DNA from: Candidatus Bathyarchaeota archaeon
Lineage (GTDB): Archaea > Thermoproteota > Bathyarchaeia > TCS64
Reading direction: 5' to 3'
Length of the DNA: 64,000 nucleotides
Assembly (NCBI GenBank): GCA_963771885.1
Contig: CAVYVF010000023.1
Span: 864,001 to 928,000 of the forward strand
Position 1 is the first letter of the stretch; each line of letters opens with the position of its first letter. The position numbers were made by a program, and so were the translations under genes. Below, one piece after another: positions 8,498 through 18,717 of this stretch. The notes under the pieces were generated by a model that was not told where the DNA came from, did no database searches, and saw only the letters and a list, made by a program, of their open reading frames with translations.

Positions 8498-11188
8498 CTA
8501 TAGTGGGCGTAGTATTTCCAGTAGTTCGCGTTTTGTCCAGAACTTTTCACCCTCGAGCTCGGAGTCTATGACGACGTTTATGATGCCGCGCTTACGCTTA
8601 ATGAGGGCGTCTATCTTCTCCTCCAGGGTGTTCTGGACGAGTATCTTGTGGACGTAGACGGTTCGAGTCTGGCCTATTCGGTGGACGCGGTCGGTGGCCT
8701 GGTCCTCGACAGCCGGGCTGAACCAGTTATCGACGTGGATCACGTGGTTGGCGGCGGCTAAGTTGATACCGTGACCCGAGGCGAGGACGCTGCAGAGCGC
8801 CGCGGTGTAGCCTCCACCGTTGAAGGCGTCGATCAGCCCCTGGCGGTCCCGGGTCTGCCCGTCTATCCTGATGTAGCGGAGTCCTGCCTCGCCAAGGACG
8901 CGCTCAAGGAGGTTCAACGTCCCGAGGAAGTTGGTGAAGACGACGCAACTCTCCCCCGCCTCATGTATCTCCTGTATCTTCTCGACGACGAGGTCGAACT
9001 TCTCCGACCTGCCGAGCGGCGGGTCCCAAGCGTCGTTCGCCATAGCGGGGTGGTCGCATAGCTGGCGCAGCTTCATGATGACTGGGAGTATGCTGTCCAC
9101 GTAGCCCACGTACTGGCCCGAGAGTAGGCGCTCCTCCATCGGTTTGACCTCAGCCTCCTGTATCCGTTTGTAGAGGAGCTTCTGCTCGCCGGAAAGCTCG
9201 ACCCAGTACCTCATCTCTACCTTCGGGGGAAGGTCTTTTGCGACCTGTTCCTTCTTACGGCGGAGGATGAAGGGCTTGACGCGGCGCTTCAGCTCCGCAG
9301 TTTTATCCTTGTCCCCCTCGAAGATGGGCTTCTCGAAGACGTGCTGGAACTCGCTGTAGGTGCCGAGGTGGTCGCGCATGAGGAAGTCGAAGAGGCTCCA
9401 GAGCTCGGCGGGGCGGTTCTCAATGGGTGTGCCGCTGAGGCTGAGCTTGTGGGCGGCGTTCAGCGTCTTTATCGCGGCAGCGCGCTGGGTGCCCGGGTTC
9501 TTGATCTTCGTCCCCTCGTCGAGGACTACGAAGAACCACGCGACCTTACCAAGCTCCTCAGCGTCAGCGACAACAGTATCGTAGCTGCTGATGTACACCG
9601 TGCGTCTGCCCGTGGGCGGGTCAAGTTTCCTGTTCTGCCCATGGTAGATGTTGACGTCGATGCCTCTCCCGAAGACTGCCCTTATCTCGTTCTCCCAGTG
9701 CCGAATCACGGCGACGGGGCAGATCATGAGGCTCGGCTCAGTCGAGCCAGATTGTTCATACATGCAGCGCATCGAGGCGAGGCTTTGCAGCGTCTTGCCT
9801 AGGCCCATGTCGTCGGCGAGGAGGCCATGGAGGTTGTGGCTGAAGAGCCAGTTGAGCCACTGGATGCCGGTGCGCTGGTAGGGGAAGAGGCTCCTCCCGC
9901 TCTTCTCTAGCTGTTTCTCGATCTCCTCGGGGAGGCGGTAAGTCTCGTCGGTGCGGAAGTCGGTTATCTGGTCGAGGAACTGCTGGTACTCTTCGGACGC
10001 CTGCTTAAGGCCGCCGAGGTTCTCGATGAACTCCTCGAGGGTCTTGTAGGCGTGGAGTCCGAGGCGGTAACCCTTCTCTGTCTTGCGTGCGCCTAGGCCC
10101 TTGAGGCGCTGCTCATTCTCTGCCTTGCGCCGCTCGACCTTCCTGACCCATGTATAGTTGTCCGATTTTATGTACCCGCCATCATTGCTCTGGGGCAGCC
10201 CCGGGGTGTCCGTCTTGGGGTCGTAGACTATGTTAAAGTCTAGCCAGCCGGGCTCCTCATAGCTGATGAGGACGGTGGGAGGCTGATCCTCCTCGATGAT
10301 CGTGACCTTCCTCGCCCCGTCGGTGAGCACAGCGTTAAAGCTGCTCTTGAGTAGGACGAGGTCACGCAGGAAGAACTCGGGTATGTCCCCGAGGGGTACG
10401 CCCCTCTCGGCGAGTGTTAGAGCCCTCTGAGACGCCTCGTCGAGGAGGTAGTATTCATCGTCGACTTTTAGGTAACCTGAGCCGCGCTGAACTGATGAGG
10501 GTGGTAAAGGGTTTCCGCTCTGGTCCTCGAACTCAGGTTTAACCGTGACACCTTTTGCAGGGTCGTAATCGACTGTGAGCATACTAATGGGGCTACCTGT
10601 CCGGGTCCGTATTCCACGGCTGCGTTGCGTCTCGTTGACCTTTAGGAGTCTGCGTAGGCTCTGGAGGGAGGCGGGGTTGAAGGCGAAAAAAATATCCCCC
10701 GCCTTGTAGACGGGCTTCAGGCTGAGTATGCTCTTGTAGACGCTGATGCTCTCAGGGGTAACGATCTTGGTGCCCCTGTCCGTCTTTGCATTGCCGGCTT
10801 CGATGTCTACTCCTGCTGCGTCTATTCGCTTGCCCTCTGCCTTTATGCTTATGATGTGGTTACTCGACTCATCGGTGTCGAGAGTGAACTGCAGGTCGAG
10901 CCCTCTTTCCCTCGGCGCCTTATCCTGGGATAGCTCGACGAGTAGGTCGCGGAAGTTCTGGGTGGGTCTTCTACGTGGGTCTTCGATTGCGACGGCGTTA
11001 TCGCAGGGTGTCTGGCACCTAATGACTGTCTCGCTCCCCCGCATCCAATACATGTATCGCCTCTTGCACCTGATGCACCGTTCCCTGATTCGGGGAATGA
11101 TAGTCTTTGGTGCTAGGTCGGGGGGCATCTCAGGGTAGACCCAGTGAGGCTCGTTAAAAACCGTACGGAGCAGAGCTGGCGAGGACAA
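8498..11188 (-). CDS. SNF2-family (DEAD/DEAH-box superfamily 2) helicase/ATPase
   Basis: LLADDMGLGKT, VVLDEG, LSGTPIEN, ILRRKK, GINLAAANHVIH and QATDRVHRIGQ motifs, plus a long N-terminal extension. Exact start uncertain. Confidence 0.93.
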   Translation of the reverse strand: MSSPALLRTVFNEPHWVYPEMPPDLAPKTIIPRIRERCIRCKRRYMYWMRGSETVIRCQTPCDNAVAIEDPRRRPTQNFRDLLVELSQDKAPRERGLDLQFTLDTDESSNHIISIKAEGKRIDAAGVDIEAGNAKTDRGTKIVTPESISVYKSILSLKPVYKAGDIFFAFNPASLQSLRRLLKVNETQRSRGIRTRTGSPISMLTVDYDPAKGVTVKPEFEDQSGNPLPPSSVQRGSGYLKVDDEYYLLDEASQRALTLAERGVPLGDIPEFFLRDLVLLKSSFNAVLTDGARKVTIIEEDQPPTVLISYEEPGWLDFNIVYDPKTDTPGLPQSNDGGYIKSDNYTWVRKVERRKAENEQRLKGLGARKTEKGYRLGLHAYKTLEEFIENLGGLKQASEEYQQFLDQITDFRTDETYRLPEEIEKQLEKSGRSLFPYQRTGIQWLNWLFSHNLHGLLADDMGLGKTLQSLASMRCMYEQSGSTEPSLMICPVAVIRHWENEIRAVFGRGIDVNIYHGQNRKLDPPTGRRTVYISSYDTVVADAEELGKVAWFFVVLDEGTKIKNPGTQRAAAIKTLNAAHKLSLSGTPIENRPAELWSLFDFLMRDHLGTYSEFQHVFEKPIFEGDKDKTAELKRRVKPFILRRKKEQVAKDLPPKVEMRYWVELSGEQKLLYKRIQEAEVKPMEERLLSGQYVGYVDSILPVIMKLRQLCDHPAMANDAWDPPLGRSEKFDLVVEKIQEIHEAGESCVVFTNFLGTLNLLERVLGEAGLRYIRIDGQTRDRQGLIDAFNGGGYTAALCSVLASGHGINLAAANHVIHVDNWFSPAVEDQATDRVHRIGQTRTVYVHKILVQNTLEEKIDALIKRKRGIINVVIDSELEGEKFWTKRELLEILRPL

Positions 11189-11312
11189 TAAATGTGCTCA
11201 AATAAACCTAGGTCTAGCAGTCAGGATTTACAGAAAGACTTTAAACCGGGCTCCGCATCTCCATGCGTGAATCCCCCGGAACGGGGGGCAATGACTCTCA
11301 GAGTGTTCAACC

Positions 11313-12177
11313 ATGAGCGAAGAGAACAAGCCCATCGAAACGCCATCGGAGAAGCCAGTCGAGGAGCCGAAAGTAGAGGCGCCAGCAGCCGAGGCGAAGG
11401 TCGAGGAACCAGTCGCCGAGGCGGCGGTGCCTGCAGAGGCACCCGCACCGGCAGCAGAGGAAAAGCCCGCTGAGGAGCCCCGTATTAGAGGGCGCCGTGA
11501 ACAAGGGCGACTTCGTCCTCATGGAGATGACGGGCAAGGCCGAGGAGACCGGCGAGGTATTCGACACAACGAACGAGGAAATCGCCAAGGAGAAGGGCAT
11601 TCACCGCGAGGGCAATACATACGGCCCACGCCTCGTCGTCGTCGGCGAGGGATGGGTCCTACGCGGACTCGACGCCCGCCTACGCGGCATAAAGCCAAAC
11701 GAGCAGACCGCCATCGAGGTCCCGCCAGCCGAAGCATTCGGCGAGCGCGACCCCTCACAGGTACAGCTAATCCCCTTCCGCATCCTTCGCAGCAAGGGCA
11801 TCAACCCCGTCCCCGGCGCGGAGCTTGAGATCGACGGCCGCCAAGCCATCATCCGCAGCGTCGGCGCCGGCCGTGTCCAGGTAGACTACAACCACCCGCT
11901 CGCGGGCAGGAAGATCGTCTACGATGTAAAGGTGACGGAGATCATCGAGGAGGAGAAGGCGAAGGTCAAGGCCCTCATAGGGCGCCGCTTCACCGGCATC
12001 GACGCCGAGAAGTTCGGCCAGAAGATGGGTAAGAAGAAGATGGCCGTCACGATCCCCGACGAGATATTCTTCGGCGAGAACATACAGATCGCCAAGAGGG
12101 GCCTCGCGATGGACATCCTCAAGTTCTTCCCCGAGCTCGAGGACGTCGAGTTCCTGGAAATCGTTAAGCGCGCTTAG
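11313..12177 (+). CDS. FKBP-type peptidyl-prolyl isomerase (long archaeal SlyD-like type) with acidic N-tail; +1 frameshift at 11478-11481
   Basis: GEVFDTT, PPAEAFGERD and VDYNHPLAG motifs. Removing one C from CCCC joins the E/P/A-rich ORF at 11313 to the FKBP frame (..EEPVLEGAVNKGDFV). Confidence 0.88.
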
Positions 12178-12200
12178 GCACCTTTTTCATCGGTGAACCG

Positions 12201-13398
12201 ATGGGCTCCGACGCTCTAGTTGTTGGCGCGGGGCCCGCGGGACTTATTAGCAGCTAAAGAGATCGCGTCTAAGGGTTTCTCTGTCAAGCTTCTGGAAGAG
12301 CACAAGCAGATCGGCGTACCATGCCACTGCGCGGGGCTAGTAAGCGTCGAGGGACTAGCGAGAATCGGCGTCGAGGTTTCAAGCGACTTCGTCCAGAACG
12401 AGGTCTACGGCGGCAAGATTTTCTCCCCAGACGGGCAGTGCATCGAGGTCAGGGACAGGCGCCCGAGGGCATACGTCATAGCGCGGGCAGGCTTTGACCA
12501 GCATCTCGCGGAGCAGGCGACGGACGCAGGTGCCGAGATCGTGCCGGGTAGAAGAGTCGAGAGGCTCACGACCACAGGCGATGTCTTCACCGGAGCGTCC
12601 GGCCTCGGGTGGACGGAGGAGGCGAGCATCGTAGTCGACGCTGAGGGGCCTTCTAGGAGGCTCGCTAAGCAGGCAGGGATCTTAAACCACAGGCGCGAGC
12701 CGCTGCTCGGTGTAAACACCGAGGTGGAGACCAGCGTCGATCCCGAGATGGTTGAGGTCTGGTTCGGAGGTGAGACCGCCCCCGGCTTCTTCGCGTGGGT
12801 GATACCTACATCCGACGAGCAGACGCGGGTCGGACTCGCAGCCTCAGAGGGCGACCCGATGAAGCTCCTCGCGAGATTCATTGAGAAGCGCTTCGGCGAC
12901 GCCAAGTACCCGTCTCCAAGGGCGGGGCAGGTTCTAGTCGACGGTCCTGTCGCAAGGACGTCGTATCCAGGGCTTCTCCTCGTCGGCGATGCAGCGGGGC
13001 ACGTGAAGCCAACGACTGGCGGCGGAGTAGTGTTGGGCGGCCTCTGCGCCATCGAGGCGGGGAAGACCGCGGTGAAGGCACTGGAATCGAGGAATATGGA
13101 AGCGCTTTCCGAATACGACCAAGCGTGGAGGAGCATATACGGTTCTGAGTTCAGGAGCATGCAGTCTTTGAGAAACCTCGCCGACAGGCTCTCCGACGCC
13201 CGCATGAACAGGCTCTTCCGAGCCTTCAACAATGCGAGCCTAATTGCGAGGGTCAATGAACTCGTCGCCGAGGGGGACATGGACCTGCAGGATGGTGTCA
13301 TAAGGCGCGGCCTCAGCGAGCCACGCCTCGTCAAGGCGGCGATCGGCGGCTTTGGCAGGCTCGCCCTTGACGAGCTCAGGAGCCTAGTCAACCTTTAA
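12201..13398 (+). CDS. Geranylgeranyl reductase family flavoprotein; +1 frameshift at about 12244
   Basis: ATG 12201 gives MGSDALVVGAGPAG (Rossmann GxGxxG) in a frame shifted from the main ORF. Main ORF has PCHCAG, FAWVIP and LVGDAAGHVKPTTGGG. Confidence 0.9.
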
Positions 13399-13432
13399 AT
13401 ATCGAGCCAAACTTGTATCTGGGCTGATAAGT

Positions 13433-13594
13433 ATGTCCACATGCATCTCCTGTGGCAGGAAGGTCGCTCCCGAGGAGAAGGCCGTTAAGATGAACTGCCC
13501 CAACTGCGGCGCCGTCACAATCTGGCGCTGCGAGAAGTGCCGTCTCTTTGGCCGCACCTACAAGTGCCCCGCCTGCGGATTCCAGGGCCCATAA
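13433..13594 (+). CDS. Small Zn-ribbon protein (DUF1610/HVO_2753-like)
   Basis: Below the ORF-track cutoff. MSTCISCGRKVAPEEKAVKMNCPNCGAVTIWRCEKCRLFGRTYKCPACGFQGP has four CxxC motifs and the family's C-terminal CGF.GP; TTTAAATA upstream. Confidence 0.9.
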   Translation: MSTCISCGRKVAPEEKAVKMNCPNCGAVTIWRCEKCRLFGRTYKCPACGFQGP

Positions 13595-13727
13595 ACAATT
13601 AATCGACGTTCTAGCCACCGTCATTATTTTAATGATCATAAATCCTAAAATTCATAAGATACAAAAAATCTTTAAAAAAGCTCCTATAATATGCCGATCT
13701 AAGTAAAGGCGGATGTATTCCCTATGG

Positions 13728-14102
13728 TCACTTCATCAAGGGGAGTCCGCCGGTGATCTTATCTATCTTGTCAGAACGGTCGGGTCCAATCCCTAGAACT
13801 GTTACCGTGCCAGGCGCGACCTCTGTCAGCCCTCTATCTTGAATCATAGAGTTGACGACATTGAGTTCGTCAGCCTTCTGAGCTAGCATCCCCAGCTCCT
13901 TAAGGTCGTCAGCTTGTACAACCACCTTCTTCTGCCCTTCGTCATGCCACTTCTTCCAGGCGGTGTGGTTCTCCTGCTTCGCCTTCTCTACGCAGTCGAC
14001 GGCGGCGTGACAAGCCTGGGCGATGAGCTTACCAGTACTAAGCTTCAGGTCGACTCGTGTGACTATGACGAGCTTGTACTCGAACTGGCTCTGCCTGCTC
14101 AT
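13728..14102 (-). CDS. pth2: Peptidyl-tRNA hydrolase Pth2
   Basis: YKLVIVTRVDLKLSTGKLIAQACHAAV, GQKKVV and IQDRGLTEVAPGTVTVLGIGP motifs; ATGA overlap with the aspS stop. Confidence 0.95.
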   Translation of the reverse strand: MSRQSQFEYKLVIVTRVDLKLSTGKLIAQACHAAVDCVEKAKQENHTAWKKWHDEGQKKVVVQADDLKELGMLAQKADELNVVNSMIQDRGLTEVAPGTVTVLGIGPDRSDKIDKITGGLPLMK

Positions 14103-15379
14103 GGGGTGAGCCTCTCCCTGTCCCTCGGGAACATGCAGCACTCCCTGATGTTGTCCTTCCCCGTCACGATCATCGTGAGGCGCTCAAGCCCGATGCTCCA
14201 CCCCGCGTGGGGAGGTGCACCGTAGGCGAATGCCTCGGTGTAGCTCTCGAAGTTCTCCGGGTGTAGCCCCTTCTTGCTGATCCTCTCCCTGAGAAGCTCG
14301 GGGATGTGGATGCGCTGCGTCCCGCTGCTGATCTCTATGCCCCCGTAGATGCAGTCGAAGGCGTGAACCATCTCCGGGTTCTCCGGGTAGGGCATCGAGT
14401 AGAACGCCTTCTGCGCTGCGGGCCAGTCCTTTAGGAAGAATGCTTGCTCGCCCACGAGCTCCATCATCCTCTTCTCCTGGGGTTTGGTGAAGTCGTCTCC
14501 CCAGTTGATCTGCTCGCCCGCCTTCTGGAGCATCTCGATCGCCTCCGTGTAGGTGACACGCCTGAAGGGCAGCTTCGGTACTACCAGGTCCCGCCCGAGC
14601 ACCTTGAGCTCCTCGGCGCACTTCTCCTTCACGTCGCTCAGCATGTGGACGAGTATCTTCTCCAGCACCTTCATCACGGTCTCGTCGTCGGCGAACGCCT
14701 GCTCAATGTCCATCTGCCTGATCTCATTAAGGTGAGTCGGCGTGTTGAACTTCTCCGCCCTCCAAACCGGAGTCACCGTGAAGACCTTCTCGAAGCTGAT
14801 GGCGCACATCTGCTTGTATAGCTGCGGGCTCTGCGCGAGGAACGCCTGCTTCTCAAAGTAGGGGAGACCAAAGAGATCGGCGCCGCCTTCGGAGGCGGAG
14901 GAGATTATGCAGGGGTTCTGTATCTCCGTGTAGCCGTTCTCCGTGAGCCAGCCGCGGAAGGTGGCGAGGAGCCTGTTCTGTATCGTGAATATTGCGCGTG
15001 TCTGCGGCGCCCTGAAGTCGAGGAAGCGCCAGTTAAGCCGCGTCTCCAACTCGCTCTGGCTCGTCTCCGCGATGTCTACGGGGAGGGGCTGCTTCGACTT
15101 GTTCACGACCTCGATGCCGTCTGGGAAGAACTCGACGCCCGCGTTGGCGATCTTGCTCTGCTGGGCCTTCCCCGTTACTGCTATGACGTCCTCACGCCCA
15201 AGGCCTTCCTTGGGGTAGAGGTCGAGGTTCTTCACCGTGACCTGGATCTCACCCGTCTTATCCCGCATAACTATGAACTTGATCTTCGCGAGATCACGGG
15301 TTCGCACGACCCAACCCGCGATCGTGACCTGCTCCCCGGCCCTCTGCTTAGCCTCTGCGATGTAGACCCTTTCAAACAC
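14099..15379 (-). CDS. aspS: Aspartate--tRNA ligase (archaeal type, probably non-discriminating Asp/Asn)
   Basis: OB-fold N-terminus, LAQSPQLYKQ, WRAEKFNT..HLNE, EISSGTQRIH, GAPPHAGWSIGLERL and FPRD motifs. Confidence 0.93.
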   Translation of the reverse strand: MFERVYIAEAKQRAGEQVTIAGWVVRTRDLAKIKFIVMRDKTGEIQVTVKNLDLYPKEGLGREDVIAVTGKAQQSKIANAGVEFFPDGIEVVNKSKQPLPVDIAETSQSELETRLNWRFLDFRAPQTRAIFTIQNRLLATFRGWLTENGYTEIQNPCIISSASEGGADLFGLPYFEKQAFLAQSPQLYKQMCAISFEKVFTVTPVWRAEKFNTPTHLNEIRQMDIEQAFADDETVMKVLEKILVHMLSDVKEKCAEELKVLGRDLVVPKLPFRRVTYTEAIEMLQKAGEQINWGDDFTKPQEKRMMELVGEQAFFLKDWPAAQKAFYSMPYPENPEMVHAFDCIYGGIEISSGTQRIHIPELLRERISKKGLHPENFESYTEAFAYGAPPHAGWSIGLERLTMIVTGKDNIRECCMFPRDRERLTP

Positions 15380-15439
15380 GGCGGAAACCCCCTGTAAGCT
15401 ACCCAGCTAGAAGAGGGGTGGGTATAAAAATACTTTCGA

Positions 15440-15949
15440 CTAGTACGCGTACTCTACGCGCAGGTCCATTTTACGGACCTTCTTCGCTATCTCGGTGAGT
15501 GCCTGTATCCGCTTCTTGCTCAGCCTCTTCGCACCACGTGCACTAAGGACGACGCGCGTCTCGGTGCTACCGTCGGGGAGCCAGATGATGTTTATAGTCA
15601 CTATCTGCTGACCCGAGAACAGGTCCTCGAGGAACTTGCGGTCGTTCATCCCCGCCTCGAGGATGACGACCTTCTTGTTCAGGGCGTCTCCTAGGTCGCG
15701 GACGGGCTGAGGGTTCGCGTTGAACTTTGCAGCGTCCCCCTTACCCACGACGAGGACGAGGAATCCCCCGGCGTCGACGACGTTGTCGAGGGTAATGGTC
15801 TGAAGGAACTGGTTCTTACCCTCGTAGCTTATGAGTTTCTTAGCCACTTCCATGTACTCGCTTGAAACGGCGCCAGTCTTGATCTTTGTCTGGCACTTCG
15901 AGCAGAACATGCCGCTCTTGAGACAGAACTCACACAGTTGCGTTTGCAC
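15440..15949 (-). CDS. Archaeal NusA-like/KH-domain protein with N-terminal Cys cluster
   Basis: CEFCLKSGMFCSKC N-terminus and INIIWLPDGS motif. Confidence 0.75.
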   Translation of the reverse strand: MQTQLCEFCLKSGMFCSKCQTKIKTGAVSSEYMEVAKKLISYEGKNQFLQTITLDNVVDAGGFLVLVVGKGDAAKFNANPQPVRDLGDALNKKVVILEAGMNDRKFLEDLFSGQQIVTINIIWLPDGSTETRVVLSARGAKRLSKKRIQALTEIAKKVRKMDLRVEYAY

Positions 15950-16005
15950 TCAGTGGTCCTCCGGTCGCCCGGGGGAGCCTCTGCGAGAGCCTAATTGTTA
16001 GCGCC

Positions 16006-16299
16006 TTACGGCTTTAACACGATCTCGATCGTGCTGACGTTCGAAGGCGTGTTACGCTCCTCGGACTGGACCTGCTCGGTGCCTATCTTGATCGCCTCGA
16101 CCTTGACACCAGGCATGAACCTGTTCCTTAGTACCTCTACGACATCGACAGCCCTGCTGATGGACTGTCCGCGTGCCTTGACTAGGACAGTCTCCTGGCC
16201 GCTCTTGAAGAGGGTCATGCAGGCGAGTACATAGTTGAGGACAGGTTTGCGTCCGATGAATACGGTGTTAGATCTCTCCACTTTGACTCCTCCAGACAT
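16006..16299 (-). CDS. albA: DNA/RNA-binding protein Alba
   Basis: [27 protein letters not shown] and VSTIEIVL motifs. Confidence 0.97.
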   Translation of the reverse strand: MSGGVKVERSNTVFIGRKPVLNYVLACMTLFKSGQETVLVKARGQSISRAVDVVEVLRNRFMPGVKVEAIKIGTEQVQSEERNTPSNVSTIEIVLKP

Positions 16300-16439
16300 T
16301 CGTTTTCTGTAGGTGTGCTTAAGTGAGTTATCTTTGGGTTAAAAGGTTATCGGGTTTTATCAAAAATCGCGGTTTTTACCGCTTTGCGCGCAGGTTTCTG
16401 GGTATAAAGTGGCTCCGCGACCAGAAGGAAGAGCTAAAC

Positions 16440-17054
16440 CTAGGCATCTGCCCGATACCTGTCGTCCTTCCATACGTCGGCTGTGTTGCTGTAGTATCCC
16501 CTCTCCCAGAAGCCAGGGGTATCACGCGCCGCGAATGTGATTCTCGTGACCCACATAGGAGACTTGTACGCGTATTTCTGGGGGACGACTAGCCTCACGG
16601 GGCCGCCGAGAGGCTGACTCAAATCCTCGCCGTTGAGGCTATGCGCAAGCACTACGTCGCCTCCCTTGAGATCCGAAAGGGGGAGGCTCGTCGTGTAGCC
16701 GTCGGCGCAACCGAAGAGGGCGTACTCGACACCTGGCTTTGGTTTCGCCTGCTCCTGAATAGTCGCGAAGAGCACGCCTCGCCACCGCTGGGCTAGGACG
16801 CTCCAACCCTCGACGCAGTGGAAGTCGCTCACGGACTCGACCTGAGGCAGGGCGAGGAACTCTGCCCAGCCAAACTTTAATGGGTTCTCAACCTCACCGT
16901 CCACGACGAGGCTCCAGGAATCCCGCGACACGTTTGGGAGGATATTGGTTATCCCGGGATGGTCTATCCCCCACCTTAGTATCCCGGGTATCGGTGACTG
17001 TCCCGGAGGCATCTTACCCGCCGCGGGCTCAGCCTTCTTCCTCCTCCAGAACAA
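16440..17054 (-). CDS. Molybdopterin-dependent oxidoreductase (sulfite oxidase/YedY-like catalytic domain)
   Basis: PPGQ, DFHCVEGWS, GYTTSLP, GGPVRLVVP.KYAYKS and GFWERG motifs. Confidence 0.9.
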   Translation of the reverse strand: MFWRRKKAEPAAGKMPPGQSPIPGILRWGIDHPGITNILPNVSRDSWSLVVDGEVENPLKFGWAEFLALPQVESVSDFHCVEGWSVLAQRWRGVLFATIQEQAKPKPGVEYALFGCADGYTTSLPLSDLKGGDVVLAHSLNGEDLSQPLGGPVRLVVPQKYAYKSPMWVTRITFAARDTPGFWERGYYSNTADVWKDDRYRADA

Positions 17055-17141
17055 GGTCTAGTAAAACATTTCCAATGGGTGCTCATAAACCTGCGCACCG
17101 GCCCCCCGAACCGTTAAACGCACAGGCGCGGAATATACCAC

Positions 17142-17795
17142 ATGGAAGAGAGGGAGCGAGCTGAGAAGGTCATCGCCATACTCGAGAAGGCGTATCCCAA
17201 CGAGGAGGGCACGATGCTCCACTGGAAGACGCCGCTGGAGCTACTCGTCGCCACCATACTCTCCGCCCAGAGCACTGACGAGCAGATCAACAGGCTCACC
17301 CCCGCCCTCTTCAAGCGCTACAAGACCGCGAAAGACTACGCTGAGTCGAACGTTGATGAACTTGAGCACTACATACACGCCTCTGGTTTCTACCACCGTA
17401 AAACCGAGCTCATCCAAGCCGCTTGCAGGCAGATAATAGAAGAATTCGGGGGGGAAGTCCCACACACCATGGACGAGCTGCTCAGGTTAAAAGGGGTCGC
17501 CAGGAAGACGGCGAACATCGTCCTCGGGAACGCCTACGGGATCATCGAGGGCATCGCCGTTGACACCCACGTGATGCGCCTAGCCCAACGACTAGAATGG
17601 TCCAAGGAGAAGGACAGAGACAAGATAGAGCAGGACCTTCTACGCCTCATACCGAGGGACAAGTGGTATGAGGTCAACTACCTCCTCATCGCCCACGGTC
17701 GTCGCATATGCGACGCGAAGAGGGCGGACTGCGAGCACTGCCAGGTTAACCACCTATGCCCCTCAGCCTTCACGTTCTCCCACAACAGGAAGTGA
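17142..17795 (+). CDS. nth: Endonuclease III
   Basis: LLVATILSAQSTD, HhH motif LKGVARKTAN, IAVDTHV, and Fe-S motif C-x6-C-x2-C-x5-C. Confidence 0.95.
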   Translation: MEERERAEKVIAILEKAYPNEEGTMLHWKTPLELLVATILSAQSTDEQINRLTPALFKRYKTAKDYAESNVDELEHYIHASGFYHRKTELIQAACRQIIEEFGGEVPHTMDELLRLKGVARKTANIVLGNAYGIIEGIAVDTHVMRLAQRLEWSKEKDRDKIEQDLLRLIPRDKWYEVNYLLIAHGRRICDAKRADCEHCQVNHLCPSAFTFSHNRK

Positions 17796-17834
17796 CGGTG
17801 TAATCGGGGGCTTCCCCACCGGACCTCGGGACAA

Positions 17835-18012
17835 ATGACACCCCTTTCCCTCACCCCCCCCAAGGACCACGAGAAGAACCTCTGCACCATGGTCGAGTGT
17901 GGGATGATCCTCGCCGACTACACCGTACATGTGAGTGACCCGAAATACGTCTGCTGGCTCCGGGAAAATGACAAACGAGAGGGACCAATTCTGTTACCCA
18001 TTTCCACTTTAG
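17835..18012 (+). CDS. Small Cys/His-rich protein, frameshifted at about 17960
   Basis: MTPLSLTPPKDHEKNLCTMVECG...DPKYVCWL continues in another frame as GKMTNERDQFCYPFPL*. Restoring 2 nt (CTC[TG]CGGG) yields CWLCGK, a CxxCG knuckle. Confidence 0.5.
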
Positions 18013-18192
18013 ATAGTTTCTGTTACCCCTCTACTCCATCTCTGTGGTTTGGGTTTATATGGCGCCGTTTAAGGTCAATCACATCGGAAGCCTACTATCC
18101 ATACTCCCGTAGCTCCGATACCAGCATCGGGGGCTGAAGAAGCCCCTTCTTATCGCGCGCGAAGTTCTTCGACATAAACCCCGATTCTCACA

Positions 18193-18717
18193 CTAACCCG
18201 ACTTGGCGTAGATCTGCTTGTAGACTTTCGCCTTGCTGAGTGTCCTCTCATGCTCCTTCTTCATGTACTGGACGGTAGCCTCGGTGACCTCGCTCTTCGG
18301 CTCCGCAGGGATGCCGAGTGCGACCATCTTGGGTGGGATGACTTTGCGGGGGCTGACGAGAGCGCCTGATCCGACCATCGCCCCCTCACCTATCTCGGCG
18401 CGGTCGAGCACAACCGCCTGGATGCCTATGATAGCCTTGTTCCCGATCTTGGCGCCGTGAACCGTCGCGCCGTGGCTGATTATGACATCCGCGCCTATCG
18501 ACACCGGATTACCAGTGGGCGCCTCGACTAGGCAACCCTCGAGGATTGTAGTGCGCGCCCCGATGATGACACTGTCGTCGTCGCCACGTATGACTGCGTT
18601 GGTCCAGATGTTAACATCCTCCTCGAGTGTGACGTCGCCGATTACCCAACTCCCGGGAGCGAGGAAGACGCTCGGGTGGATCTTTGGCTTCTTGCCTTCG
18701 AACTCGATTATTGACAT
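18193..18717 (-). CDS. Gamma-carbonic anhydrase/hexapeptide-repeat family protein
   Basis: PKIHPSVFLAP, IGDV, IRGD and ISHGATVHGA motifs; left-handed beta-helix repeats. Confidence 0.9.
   Translation of the reverse strand: MSIIEFEGKKPKIHPSVFLAPGSWVIGDVTLEEDVNIWTNAVIRGDDDSVIIGARTTILEGCLVEAPTGNPVSIGADVIISHGATVHGAKIGNKAIIGIQAVVLDRAEIGEGAMVGSGALVSPRKVIPPKMVALGIPAEPKSEVTEATVQYMKKEHERTLSKAKVYKQIYAKSG

Noticed and set aside
7748..11188. Integrated element or provirus at the tRNA cluster (including an SSV-type split integrase)
   Set aside because: No integrase motifs or viral genes, and no second copy of a tRNA 3' end found by eye. The shared TTCGGGCCCACCA belongs to two complete tRNA genes.
12405..13391. 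Long antisense ORFs (e.g. 12405-13391, 49278-50276, 27224-27841, 43089-43739, 61950-62522)
   Set aside because: Shadow ORFs opposite well-supported genes, expected at high GC; no recognisable motifs.
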